Shown: positions 26,703 to 35,439, numbered from the stretch's first letter. The stretch is 47,466 nt of DNA from Actinomycetes bacterium (GCA_030612085.1 JAUWOM010000001.1:1-47466), one strand, 5' to 3'. Made by a program: numbers and translations. Notes: a model not told the origin generated them from the letters alone.

Positions 26703-28463
26703 ATGAAGAAAGATTTAGTTTTATTTAATGGAAATATCTATACTATGAATTTTTTAAAGCCAAAGGTAGAAGCTTTACTTATTAGAAAAGGGAAAATTAT
26801 TGATATAGGTAATAATGCTGAAATTAAATCAAAGGCTAATAGCAAATATGAGTCTATTGACTTAAATGGAAAAGTAGTTCTTCCTAGTTTTATTGATAGT
26901 CATGTTCATCTTTTAGGCTATGCTAAAAGTTTGATTGGAATTGATTTAAGTAATACAAAATCAAAAGAAGAGGTGATAGAGAAAGTTAAGACAAGAGTAG
27001 AAAATACTGAACCAAATGTATGGATTCTGGGTTATGGATGGAATGAAAATGATTGGAAAGAGATCAAGCTTCCTTCAAAAGCTGACCTTGATAAAGTTTG
27101 CAACAAAAATCCTTTAGTTCTATTTAAAAAGGATGGGCATAGTATATGGGTAAATTCAGTTGCATTAAAAAAAGCTGACATTAATGAGCATACTTTAGAT
27201 CCTTCAGGAGGGAAGATTGTAAGAGAATATATTAGCAAAACTCCAACTGGAATATTAAAAGAGAATGCAATTTATTTAGTTTTGAAAAAGATAAAAAAGG
27301 AAAATATCGAAGATATCCTTCCAACACCAGTTTTGAATTCATCAACTACTTCAAAAGAGATAAAGATAAAGAGTAAGAGAAATATTTATGGTGCAGTTAA
27401 AACTGCATCTAAAAATTTCAATAAAGTAGGAATTACAAGTGTACATAACATGGAAAGTATGAATAGACAAAAAATTCTATTTGATTTAAATAGTGAAGGG
27501 GAGTTGAATCTGAGAATATACTCATTCTTTGAACAAATTGAGCCAGAAGATTTATATGATTTCAAAAGAAATACTAAACTTGATGATAGGTGGACGAAAA
27601 TTGGAGGAATTAAACTTTTTTATGATGGGAGTTTGGGTTCAAGAACTGCTTATATGATTGAGCCATATAAAGATGATGAAAATAACTATGGAATAAAAGT
27701 GATGGAAAAGGAAGAAGTAGAAAGACTGATAAGAAGTGCAAATCAACTTGGACTTAACTTTGCAATGCATGCAATTGGAGATAGAGCTAATAAGGAAGTT
27801 TTAGATATTTATGAAAGGGTATTAAAAAATTATGAAAATGAAACAGTATTAAGAAACTGTGTATATAATTATAAGAATGATTATAAAAATAATTGTATAA
27901 AAAATACGAGTAAAAGTATGAAAATAAGAAAAAGTGAAAGGAAAAAATTAAGAAATAGAATTGAACATGTCCAGATTCTGAGAAAAGAGGATTTTATTAG
28001 ATTCAAAAATCTAAATTTGATAGCATCAATGCAACCCTATCATCTCGCTTCTGATATGAAGATGGCTGAAAAAGGATGGGGTGAAAGATGTAAGTGGTCT
28101 TATGCCTGGGATAAATTGGTAAAAAATGGTGTTCATATGACTTTTGGTTCTGATTGTCCCGTAGAAACTATTAACCCCATTAGGGATCTTTATGTATCGA
28201 TCACAAGACAAAGAGAAGATGGCTATCCAGATGGGAGTTGGTACCCAGAACATAAGTTAACACTAAGAAGAGCCATATATTCCTATACTTTAGAAGGAGC
28301 TTATGCATCAGGGGATGAGGATATAAAGGGTTCTATTAATGTTGGAAAGTTAGCTGATTTAGTTGTTTTATCTGAGAATATTTTTAAAATTTCACCAAAA
28401 GATATATTAAATATAGATGTTTGTTATACAATTTTAAATGGAAATATTGTATATAGTAAGTAA
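26703..28463 (+). CDS. Amidohydrolase-family metal-dependent hydrolase (Amidohydro_3 / YtcJ-like)
   Basis: FIDSHVHL metal motif, a HAIGDRA segment, RIEHVQ, and a C-terminal GSINVGKLADLVVL. It contains an N/K/Y-rich low-complexity stretch just before RIEHVQ. Confidence 0.75.
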   Translation: MKKDLVLFNGNIYTMNFLKPKVEALLIRKGKIIDIGNNAEIKSKANSKYESIDLNGKVVLPSFIDSHVHLLGYAKSLIGIDLSNTKSKEEVIEKVKTRVENTEPNVWILGYGWNENDWKEIKLPSKADLDKVCNKNPLVLFKKDGHSIWVNSVALKKADINEHTLDPSGGKIVREYISKTPTGILKENAIYLVLKKIKKENIEDILPTPVLNSSTTSKEIKIKSKRNIYGAVKTASKNFNKVGITSVHNMESMNRQKILFDLNSEGELNLRIYSFFEQIEPEDLYDFKRNTKLDDRWTKIGGIKLFYDGSLGSRTAYMIEPYKDDENNYGIKVMEKEEVERLIRSANQLGLNFAMHAIGDRANKEVLDIYERVLKNYENETVLRNCVYNYKNDYKNNCIKNTSKSMKIRKSERKKLRNRIEHVQILRKEDFIRFKNLNLIASMQPYHLASDMKMAEKGWGERCKWSYAWDKLVKNGVHMTFGSDCPVETINPIRDLYVSITRQREDGYPDGSWYPEHKLTLRRAIYSYTLEGAYASGDEDIKGSINVGKLADLVVLSENIFKISPKDILNIDVCYTILNGNIVYSK

Positions 28464-28537
28464 CTTCTAAATACTATTTTAAAATTTAGATAAAATTAAT
28501 GGTTCATTATATTAATCTTTAATAAGGGAGATATATT

Positions 28538-29686
28538 TTGAAGATTGCGATTATAACTGAAGGATATAAGCCATTTATAAATGGAGTTATAGTTTCCATT
28601 GATCTATTTGCAAAACAGTTTAGAAAATTGGGACATGAAGTCTATATATTTGCTCCTTCATACCCTGATTATGAAGAAGATGAGGAATATATTTTCAGGT
28701 TAAGATCTGTCCCTTCAATAATACAAAAGAGCATAAGAATCCCTGTACCCACATATATAAAAATGGATAAATTATTTTCCAAGATAGGGTTTGACATAAT
28801 ACATATACAGCATCCAATAATTTTTGGACAGGTTGTGAAGAGATTGATAAAGAAATATAATATACCACTTGTTTTTACTCACCACTCCTTTTATGAAAAT
28901 TATTCTCATTACATTCCATTACCTCAAAAATTTATAAAGAAAATGGCAATAAAATTAAGTGTAGATTTTTCTAATAATTGTGATTTGGTAGTAACTCCTT
29001 CAGAAACAGTAAAGGAAGTATTAAGAACCCGTGGTGTAATAGCTCCTATTGAGGTTATTCCTACTGGAATCAATTTTAAAATGTTTAATAAAGCTTCAGG
29101 AGATTTTGTTAGAGAAAAATATCAAATTAGCAAAGAAAGTAAAATTTTACTTTTTGTGGGAAGGATGTCTAAAGAAAAAAACTTAGATATTTTATTGGAT
29201 AGTTTTCCCATGGTTATTTCAGATTTTCCTGATACTTATTTAATGTTAGTTGGGGAAGGTCCAGAAAGAAAAAAAATGGAGAAAAAGGTTAAAGAAATTG
29301 GCATTAACGATAAAGTCTTATTTATAGATTCAAAACCGTATAATGAAATACCTAATTATTATAAAGAATCTGATTTGTTTCTTTTCCCATCAAAAAAAGA
29401 TACGCAAGGATTAGTAGTTCTGGAGGCTATGACATGTGCCTTACCCATAGTAGCAGTTAGGTCAATGTGTGTAGAGGAACTAAATATTGATAAAAGAGCT
29501 GGGTTCTTAACAAGAAACTCTCCTATTGAATTTTCAAAGAAAATCAGGAAATTATTAGCTGATAAAAATATATATAATGAATTTTCAAAAAATTCTGTAG
29601 AAATTGCAAAGAAATACTCTTATGAAGATTCAGCATCTTTACTTATTGATAAATTTAAGTATCTAATTTCTCAAAAGAAAGATTAA
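28538..29686 (+). CDS. Glycosyltransferase family 4
   Basis: GT-B layout with N-terminal KIAIITEGYKPFINGV and the C-terminal GT4 E-x7-E region (QGLVVLEAMTCALPIVA). TTG start with AAGGGAGA RBS. Confidence 0.8.
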   Translation: MKIAIITEGYKPFINGVIVSIDLFAKQFRKLGHEVYIFAPSYPDYEEDEEYIFRLRSVPSIIQKSIRIPVPTYIKMDKLFSKIGFDIIHIQHPIIFGQVVKRLIKKYNIPLVFTHHSFYENYSHYIPLPQKFIKKMAIKLSVDFSNNCDLVVTPSETVKEVLRTRGVIAPIEVIPTGINFKMFNKASGDFVREKYQISKESKILLFVGRMSKEKNLDILLDSFPMVISDFPDTYLMLVGEGPERKKMEKKVKEIGINDKVLFIDSKPYNEIPNYYKESDLFLFPSKKDTQGLVVLEAMTCALPIVAVRSMCVEELNIDKRAGFLTRNSPIEFSKKIRKLLADKNIYNEFSKNSVEIAKKYSYEDSASLLIDKFKYLISQKKD

Positions 29687-29807
29687 ATTTATTTAAAACT
29701 CTTATAAGGTTATGTATTATATATAATGAGATTTGGTATAATTTCATATAAACTAAAAGCTCATAATTTTAAATGAAAAAAAGAGAAACTTCTAAGGAGT
29801 TTTTTTG

Positions 29808-30842
29808 ATGAATAAAATAGTTAAATATATTTCTGCTTTTGTAATATTTACGTTTTTTGTAGTTGGCTTAGCTTCATCGTTTAGCTGTAAAGGTGAGAAA
29901 GCACCTGGTGAAATCGATTGGAACAAAGTTATTGAATTTGTACCTTTAGAAGAAAGGGGAGGTGTTGGTGAAAAGGAGCAAATATTTGAGCCAATACAAA
30001 TTACATTGCTTCATACTAATGACACAAGAGGTAATATTCAACCATGCGGTTGAAACCCAAGACAGGGTGGAGTTGCCCGGAGGGCGACAGTAATTAGAGA
30101 AATAGAGAGTCAAAAAGAAAATGTCATTATTTTGGATGCTGGAAGTGCTTTATCAGGACATTATGATACTGAATATAGCAAAGGTGAAATAATGATTAAA
30201 TTTATGAATCTCTTGGGGTATGATGCGATATCACTAGGTTCAATGGACCTTAAATATAAAATGGATGAATTATTAGATTTAAATGATAAAGCTGAGTTTC
30301 CTATTTTAAGTGCGAACTTAGTATCCAGGCAAGATAAAAGTTTAGTTTTTGATGCATATACTATTATTGAAACATCAGGAAGAAATATAGCTATAATAGG
30401 AATAAGTCCATATCCATTAGAAGAAAGCTCTGAAAGTGATAACATAGAGAAATATGAAACTATAGATCCAATAGAAGCTATTAACAAAATTATTGATGAT
30501 TTAAGGTTAAAAGCAAATATAATAATAGTCTTATCATCAGCTGGAAGAGAGATAGATGAGAAAATAGCTAAATCTATAGATGCTGTTGATATCATTGTTG
30601 CAGGTTCTTCAAATCAAATAACAATGGAACCTGTTGTTATAAAAAGGGAAGAAAAATCAGATGCATTGATAGTTGAAAGTCAGGTGTTGGGAAAGAAATT
30701 AGGAAAGCTGATTGTAAAATTTAGCTCTGTTGGAAAGATTAAAGAATTTGAAGGAGAACTGCTTAAATTGGATCCAGAAGTAGAAGATGATCCAGAAATT
30801 GCAAAAATTTTAAATGAATATTTAGAACAGATGAAAAAGTAG
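29808..30842 (+). CDS. Secreted 5'-nucleotidase/calcineurin-like domain protein interrupted by one in-frame TGA (30051-30053): candidate selenoprotein, otherwise a pseudogene
   Basis: Track ORFs 29805..30053 and 30132..30842 are in the same frame. Reading through the TGA gives LLHTNDTRGNIQPCG-U-NPRQGGVARRATVIREIESQKENVIILDAGSALSG, a continuous match to the N-terminal metallophosphatase domain layout. N-terminal signal peptide with Cys (FFVVGLASSFSC). AAGGAG RBS 8 nt before ATG 29808. Confidence 0.55.
30054..30090 (+). promoter_or_regulatory. Candidate SECIS-like hairpin region downstream of the in-frame TGA
   Basis: gttgccc-gga-gggcgac (30072-30088) forms 7 bp including one G-T pair, with the G-starting apical loop 25 nt after the TGA. 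A minor hairpin accc-aagaca-gggt lies at 30055-30068. The segment uses GC-rich codons (gcc cgg agg gcg) that look unusual for this AT-rich sequence. Confidence 0.4.
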
Positions 30843-30929
30843 AATGTAAGCAATAAAGTATAAAAAATTTTAAAAAAGTAAAAAAATAAAATATAAATTT
30901 TTATTACTTAAATTCAACTTAATGAAATC

Positions 30930-30958
30930 TTGACAATTGAATTAAATTGAGTTATATT
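30930..30958 (+). promoter_or_regulatory. Sigma70-type promoter upstream of the FmdB-family gene
   Basis: TTGACA (30930-30935), 17-nt spacer, TATATT (30953-30958). Confidence 0.5.
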
Positions 30959-30984
30959 ATCTCGAAACTGTGAGGTGATAAAAA

Positions 30985-31230
30985 GTGCCAATATATCAAT
31001 ATAAATGTGATTTTTGTGGAAATGAATTTGAATTATTTAAAAAATTAAATGGGACTGATATAGTTTTATGTCCAATTTGTGGAGAAGAGGCTACAAGAAT
31101 TTTTTCTTCAGTTGGAATAATTTTTAAAGGTCCCGGATTCTATACCACAGATTCCAGGAAATTTAATGATAAACCAAAGGATTTTAAATATCCTAAAAAG
31201 TCCTCAAAGAAAAATGATAATGAGAACTAA
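30985..31230 (+). CDS. FmdB-family zinc-ribbon protein
   Basis: MPIYQYKCDFCGNEFE...CPICGEEATRIFS, the CxxC-N-CxxC pattern of the family. GTG start with GAGGTGA RBS. Confidence 0.75.
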   Translation: MPIYQYKCDFCGNEFELFKKLNGTDIVLCPICGEEATRIFSSVGIIFKGPGFYTTDSRKFNDKPKDFKYPKKSSKKNDNEN

Positions 31231-31449
31231 TTAATTTGATTTTTTCCTTCCTAAAAATCTCTATCTTATAAATAACTACGATATAGTTTTTAAAATTTGT
31301 GATATATTTAGTCTAATCAATGATAGATTTTTTATCTAAAAAAAATTCATAAGATTATAAAAATATTTAAAAATTTTATTAGCAATTTAAAGAAAAGTAG
31401 AAATTCAATTCAGGTAAAAATATTAAAATTATATATGGAGGGAAAATAG

Positions 31450-32634
31450 TTGGAAGATTTTAATGAAATTAATAGGTTAGAGGGAAAAATTTATAAAGTA
31501 AGTGAACTTAATTTTGAATTGAAAAAACTGTTGGAAGGAAATTATCCGGATATATGGGTTGAGGGAGAGATCAGCAATTTTCATCATCACAGTTCAGGTC
31601 ATATGTATTTTGATTTAAAAGATGAGAATTCAAAAATTAGGTCAGTTATGTTTTCAGGTGATAATCGTAATCTTAAGTTTATGCCAGAGGATGGTATGAA
31701 GGTTTTGGCCAGAGGAGGAGTGACTCTGTATTTGAGAAAAGGAGAATACCAGATAGTTGTTAGATACATAGAGCCAAAAGGAAAAGGAGCTTTACTAATT
31801 GCATTTGAGCAGCTTAAGAAGAAGCTGAAAGCTGAAGGTCTTTTTGATATTAAATATAAAAAGCCAATACCTTTTTTACCTTCAAGAATTGGGGTTGTTA
31901 CTTCTTTAGGTGGTGCAGTCCTTCATGATATAAAAAATGTATTGAATAGAAGATTCGAAAATCATCACTTAGTTATTAGTCCTTCCAGTGTAGAAGGAGA
32001 ATCTGCTTCTTCTGAGATTTGTAGAGCTATTGATAATTTAAATCAATATGGGAAGGTTGATGTAATAATTTTAGCTCGAGGTGGAGGTTCTCTTGAGGCT
32101 TTATGGGCATTTAATACAGAAGAGGTTGCAAGGACAGTCTTTTCTTCAGAAATTCCAATTATAAGTGCAGTTGGCCATGAAACTGATTTTACAATATCAG
32201 ATTTTGTTGCTGATCTAAGAGCACCAACTCCATCTGCAGCTGCTGAAATGGTAATGCCAGAGAAATCTGAACTTTTGAATCAAATCTATAGTTATATAAC
32301 CAGACTAAAAACAAGTTTGCCAAGGGTTACTACAAATCTTAAAAACCAAGCAAATTACCTTTATGGAGACTTACAAAAGGCAATATCTGTCATAATTAAT
32401 GAAAGAAAGAGTTCTTTTAAGAATTTATCTGAAAAGCTGAATACCCTGAGTCCACTTGCCATACTATCAAGAGGGTATAGTGTTTGTTGTATGGTCCCAG
32501 AAAAGACAATTGTAAGAAGTTCAGATGATATAAAAATAGGTCAGCAGGTCGATATACTTCTTTACAAGGGAAATATTGTATGTGAAGTTTTAGAAAAGGA
32601 TGCTTATGAAAAAGTTACTGATATTTGCAAATAA
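31450..32634 (+). CDS. xseA: Exodeoxyribonuclease VII large subunit
   Basis: N-terminal OB-fold segment (IWVEGEISNF...SGHMYFDLKD), and catalytic region RIGVVTS...ARGGGSLEALWAFN...GHETDFT. TTG start with GGAGGG RBS. Confidence 0.9.
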   Translation: MEDFNEINRLEGKIYKVSELNFELKKLLEGNYPDIWVEGEISNFHHHSSGHMYFDLKDENSKIRSVMFSGDNRNLKFMPEDGMKVLARGGVTLYLRKGEYQIVVRYIEPKGKGALLIAFEQLKKKLKAEGLFDIKYKKPIPFLPSRIGVVTSLGGAVLHDIKNVLNRRFENHHLVISPSSVEGESASSEICRAIDNLNQYGKVDVIILARGGGSLEALWAFNTEEVARTVFSSEIPIISAVGHETDFTISDFVADLRAPTPSAAAEMVMPEKSELLNQIYSYITRLKTSLPRVTTNLKNQANYLYGDLQKAISVIINERKSSFKNLSEKLNTLSPLAILSRGYSVCCMVPEKTIVRSSDDIKIGQQVDILLYKGNIVCEVLEKDAYEKVTDICK

Positions 32635-32668
32635 AAATTAAGATATTTAGATTATAAAAGGAGGAATA

Positions 32669-32920
32669 ATGAATAAGGAAAATTTAGAACAGAGAGATTT
32701 TGATGAAGTCTTAAAAGAGCTTGAGGGAATTGTTTCAACTTTAGAAAAAGGTGATTTGAATTTAGAGGAATCCTTAAAAAATTTTGAGAAAGGAATAAAA
32801 CTTTCCACCTACTGCTTAAAAAAATTGAATGAAGCTGAAAAGAAGATAGAGATACTTGTAGAGAAAATGGGAGGAGAAACTGAAGTTGTTCCTTACGAAG
32901 AAGAGGAAGAGGAAGAATAA
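32669..32920 (+). CDS. xseB: Exodeoxyribonuclease VII small subunit
   Basis: 83 aa. [35 protein letters not shown] is the canonical XseB helix-hairpin. It lies immediately downstream of xseA. Confidence 0.85.
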   Translation: MNKENLEQRDFDEVLKELEGIVSTLEKGDLNLEESLKNFEKGIKLSTYCLKKLNEAEKKIEILVEKMGGETEVVPYEEEEEEE

Positions 32921-32955
32921 TTTTTTCTTCTATTTACCACACTATCCTTATAAGA

Positions 32956-33002
32956 GAGACATATCTATATACCCAAAGCTGATATGTCTCATATCAAGAC
33001 CT
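32956..33002 (+). repeat. 10-bp inverted repeat (gagacatatc / gatatgtctc) whose right arm begins copy 1 of a TGATRTGTCTYATRTCAAGAYCT repeat
   Basis: Stem 32956-32965 pairs with 32981-32990 across a 15-nt loop. 32981-33002 matches the cores of 33151-33187 and 33233-33269. Confidence 0.6.
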
Positions 33003-33020
33003 AACCCCTTATATACACTT

Positions 33021-33120
33021 GTCATTGCGAGGAGCATTAGCGACGTGGCAATCTCAATTATATAACTTGATGAGTTTACACTAAATGAGATTGCTTCAGG
33101 ACTTTGTCCTTCGCAATGAC
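33021..33120. repeat. Inverted pair of family A REP-like repeats (33021-33056 plus strand, 33086-33120 minus strand) with a 29-nt spacer
   Basis: The arms share gtcattgcga...gcaatctca termini in inverted orientation. The right arm has an internal hairpin aggac-aaa-gtcct. Related to 2465-2555. Confidence 0.7.
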
Positions 33121-33150
33121 ACTTGAATATATTCTTCTATATTGCAATAT

Positions 33151-33269
33151 CTGACACTGTTTTTGATGTGTCTTATATCAAGATCTGGTACTTAACTTAC
33201 CATTAATTAAAAAAATCTTATAGTGTCAAAACCTGACACTGTTTTTGATATGTCTTATGTCAAGACCTG
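33151..33269 (+). repeat. Two 37-nt direct repeats 82 nt apart (33151-33187 and 33233-33269)
   Basis: ctgacactgtttttgatgtgtcttatatcaagatctg versus ctgacactgtttttgatatgtcttatgtcaagacctg (34 of 37 identical). Confidence 0.7.
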
Positions 33270-33388
33270 AATCCTTTTTATGATCCCTTTTTATAATTAA
33301 AATTTCTTTGTTTACGTTATTAAAAGTAGAAAAAAAAGTTAACTCAAAATATTATTTTAAAAATTTTTAAAAATTTTTAAAAAATTTA

Positions 33389-33433
33389 TAGACATTCAGA
33401 GGGGCATTGTGGTATATTGTGGATGAAAATGGA
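33389..33433 (+). promoter_or_regulatory. Candidate dcw (Pmra) promoter with overlapping MraZ-box-like direct repeats
   Basis: TAGACA (33389-33394), 18-nt gap to the hexamer, extended -10 TGgTATATT (33410-33418). GTGG / GTGG / ATGG occur at 33409, 33419 and 33429, exactly 10 nt apart. Confidence 0.45.
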
Positions 33434-33506
33434 GGATTTATAGATTCTATATAGAAATATAGAATACACAACTTGTAAAATTTACTGAAATAGAACGGGG
33501 ATTAGA

Positions 33507-33941
33507 GTGTTTCTTGGTACTTTTTTTCACAACTTAGATAAAAAAGGTAGATTATTTATTCCTTCTAAATTTAGACCCCAATTGGAGCATGGTTTTGTTA
33601 TAGCAAAAGGCATTAATGAAAAATGCCTATTTTTATTTACATTTGATGAATTTGCATCACTTGAAAATAAAATTAAAGCTCTACCAATATCAAGGAAAAA
33701 AGTACAGGAATATGTTCGATGGATTTCATCATCTGCAAGCGAGGAATTCATAGATCAGCAGGGAAGGGTAACTATTCCCTCAGCTCTTAGAGAATATGCA
33801 GAACTTGAAAAAGAGATTGCTTGTGTTGGGGTTTGGGGAAGAATTGAGATATGGTCAAAGAAAAATTGGGATAAATTTTTTAAGAAAGCAGATAAAGAAT
33901 TTTTAGAAATATCAAAAGATATAGAGGATCTTGGATTTTAA
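33507..33941 (+). CDS. mraZ: Transcriptional regulator MraZ
   Basis: Two SpoVT/AbrB-like halves, each with a DxxGR motif (LDKKGRLFIPSKFR; IDQQGRVTIPSALR). GTG start. First gene of the dcw cluster. Confidence 0.9.
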   Translation: MFLGTFFHNLDKKGRLFIPSKFRPQLEHGFVIAKGINEKCLFLFTFDEFASLENKIKALPISRKKVQEYVRWISSSASEEFIDQQGRVTIPSALREYAELEKEIACVGVWGRIEIWSKKNWDKFFKKADKEFLEISKDIEDLGF

Positions 33942-34893
33942 TAAACAACATTTAACACCGTGGCATGTGCCTGTGATGTTAGATGAAGTTATAAATATAT
34001 TAAGACCTAAAAATGGGTCAATAATAATCGACAATACAGTAGGCGGCGCAGGTCACGCTGAAGAAATAATTAAAGCAATTGCCCCCGAAGGCATATTAAT
34101 AGGTATAGATAGAGACAAACAGGCCTTATGCGCCGCCAGAAATAGATTATCTAAATACAAGACAAGTTTTAAATTAATACACGGAAATTTTAAAGATGTT
34201 CTTTACATAGCAAAGGAGTTGGATCTTTCTACTATATCGGGAGCACTCTATGATTTAGGGATTTCTTGGGCTCATGTTGATTATCCTGAAAGGGGATTTA
34301 GCTACATTAAAGAAGGTCCTTTAGATATGAGGATGGATTCTTCTCAAAAATTGACTGCATATGAAGTTATTAACTCTTATTCAGAAGAAAAGTTAAATGA
34401 GATATTTAAAAAGTATGGTGAGGAACGATATTCATATCAAATTGCAAGGGTTATAGTTGATCACAGAAAGAAAAAAAAGATAGAGACAACATTAGAATTA
34501 ACAAAGATTATTAATAATGCAGTTAGTGGTAAAGCAAGAAGAAAAGGCCATCCATCAAAGAGGATCTTTCAGGCGATAAGGATAGAAGTAAATGATGAGC
34601 TAAATTCTCTTAAACAAGGACTTGAGGATATATTCAAGTTACTTGAGGTTGGTGGAAGAATTGTAGTTCTTTCTTATCATTCATTAGAAGACAGGCTGGT
34701 TAAAAATACTTTTCTAAAACTGATTGATGGCTGCATTTGCCCTGAGTGGTTTCCTGTCTGTACTTGTGACAGGAAAGATAAGGCAAAAGTAATTTCTAAG
34801 GGTGCCTTGATGCCAACAAGTAAAGAGGTGATGAAAAATCCAAGGGCATCAAGTGCTAAACTCAGAGCAATTGAAAAGGTCCAACCCCTTTGA
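33931..34893 (+). CDS. rsmH: 16S rRNA (cytosine1402-N4)-methyltransferase
   Basis: HVPVMLDEV, SAM-binding DNTVGGAGHA, and DLGISWAHVD motifs. The exact start is uncertain (TTG 33931 overlaps the mraZ end). Confidence 0.9.
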   Translation: MDFNKQHLTPWHVPVMLDEVINILRPKNGSIIIDNTVGGAGHAEEIIKAIAPEGILIGIDRDKQALCAARNRLSKYKTSFKLIHGNFKDVLYIAKELDLSTISGALYDLGISWAHVDYPERGFSYIKEGPLDMRMDSSQKLTAYEVINSYSEEKLNEIFKKYGEERYSYQIARVIVDHRKKKKIETTLELTKIINNAVSGKARRKGHPSKRIFQAIRIEVNDELNSLKQGLEDIFKLLEVGGRIVVLSYHSLEDRLVKNTFLKLIDGCICPEWFPVCTCDRKDKAKVISKGALMPTSKEVMKNPRASSAKLRAIEKVQPL

Positions 34894-34917
34894 TTTAAAA
34901 ATATTTAAGGAGATACG

Positions 34918-35418
34918 GTGATTAATACAAGAGCTGAAATTTTATTAAGAAAAAGGTCAAAAAGGAAAACTAAGTCTTACTTAGTTGAACAGGAGAGAGT
35001 AAAAACAAGAAGAAGTATAATATCCTTAACATTCTTTATTACTTCAATTGTTTTGATAGGGTTATTATCTTTCTCAATTATTTTGCTCAATTTTCAGGCT
35101 GCTCAAAGTCAATTGACAATTAATGAGATAAGAAAAGAAATCAATTATCAAAGTGAAATTAAGGAAAGACTAAATTTCAAAATAGCTCAATTACAATCAC
35201 CTCAGAGAATTTATGAAGAAGCAATAGTTAATTTAAGTATGTCTAACCCTGATGAAATAAATTATATAAATATTGATACATACCAATTAGTCAAGCAGCA
35301 AAAATCATTAGAAGAGGACCAAGATACTCAAGTAGGATCTTCAGGGTATGAAAGCTTTTTTAATCCTGAATTTAAAGAAGATATATATAAAACAATTCTA
35401 ACTCTTCTATTTCCATAA
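34918..35418 (+). CDS. ftsL: FtsL-like cell division protein
   Basis: Position between rsmH and ftsI, a single TM helix (IISLTFFITSIVLIGLLSFSIILL) followed by a coiled-coil-like segment. GTG start with AAGGAGA RBS. No sequence motif is diagnostic. Confidence 0.55.
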   Translation: MINTRAEILLRKRSKRKTKSYLVEQERVKTRRSIISLTFFITSIVLIGLLSFSIILLNFQAAQSQLTINEIRKEINYQSEIKERLNFKIAQLQSPQRIYEEAIVNLSMSNPDEINYINIDTYQLVKQQKSLEEDQDTQVGSSGYESFFNPEFKEDIYKTILTLLFP

Positions 35419-35439
35419 TCTTTAAGGAAAGGGTATAAA

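Noticed and set aside
30051-30053. Genome-wide reassignment of TGA (code 4 or code 25) as the explanation for the in-frame TGA.
   Set aside because: TGA ends nth, amrS, the Mre11-like gene, rsmH and murC at positions consistent with family lengths and with downstream RBS or start signals. Only one in-frame TGA is seen among about 45 genes.
30161-30595. 144-aa minus-strand ORF inside the 5'-nucleotidase-like gene.
   Set aside because: It is fully antisense to a gene with clear family motifs. The product is I/S/L-rich and low-complexity, there is no RBS, and this is a typical shadow ORF of AT-rich coding sequence.
32950-33270. Possible CRISPR array in the xseB-mraZ spacer. The same question applies to the murG-murC repeats at 44991-45240.
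   Set aside because: The repeats are irregular in spacing and of mixed families in one case, and 97-nt tandem units without unique spacers in the other. No cas genes are in the window.
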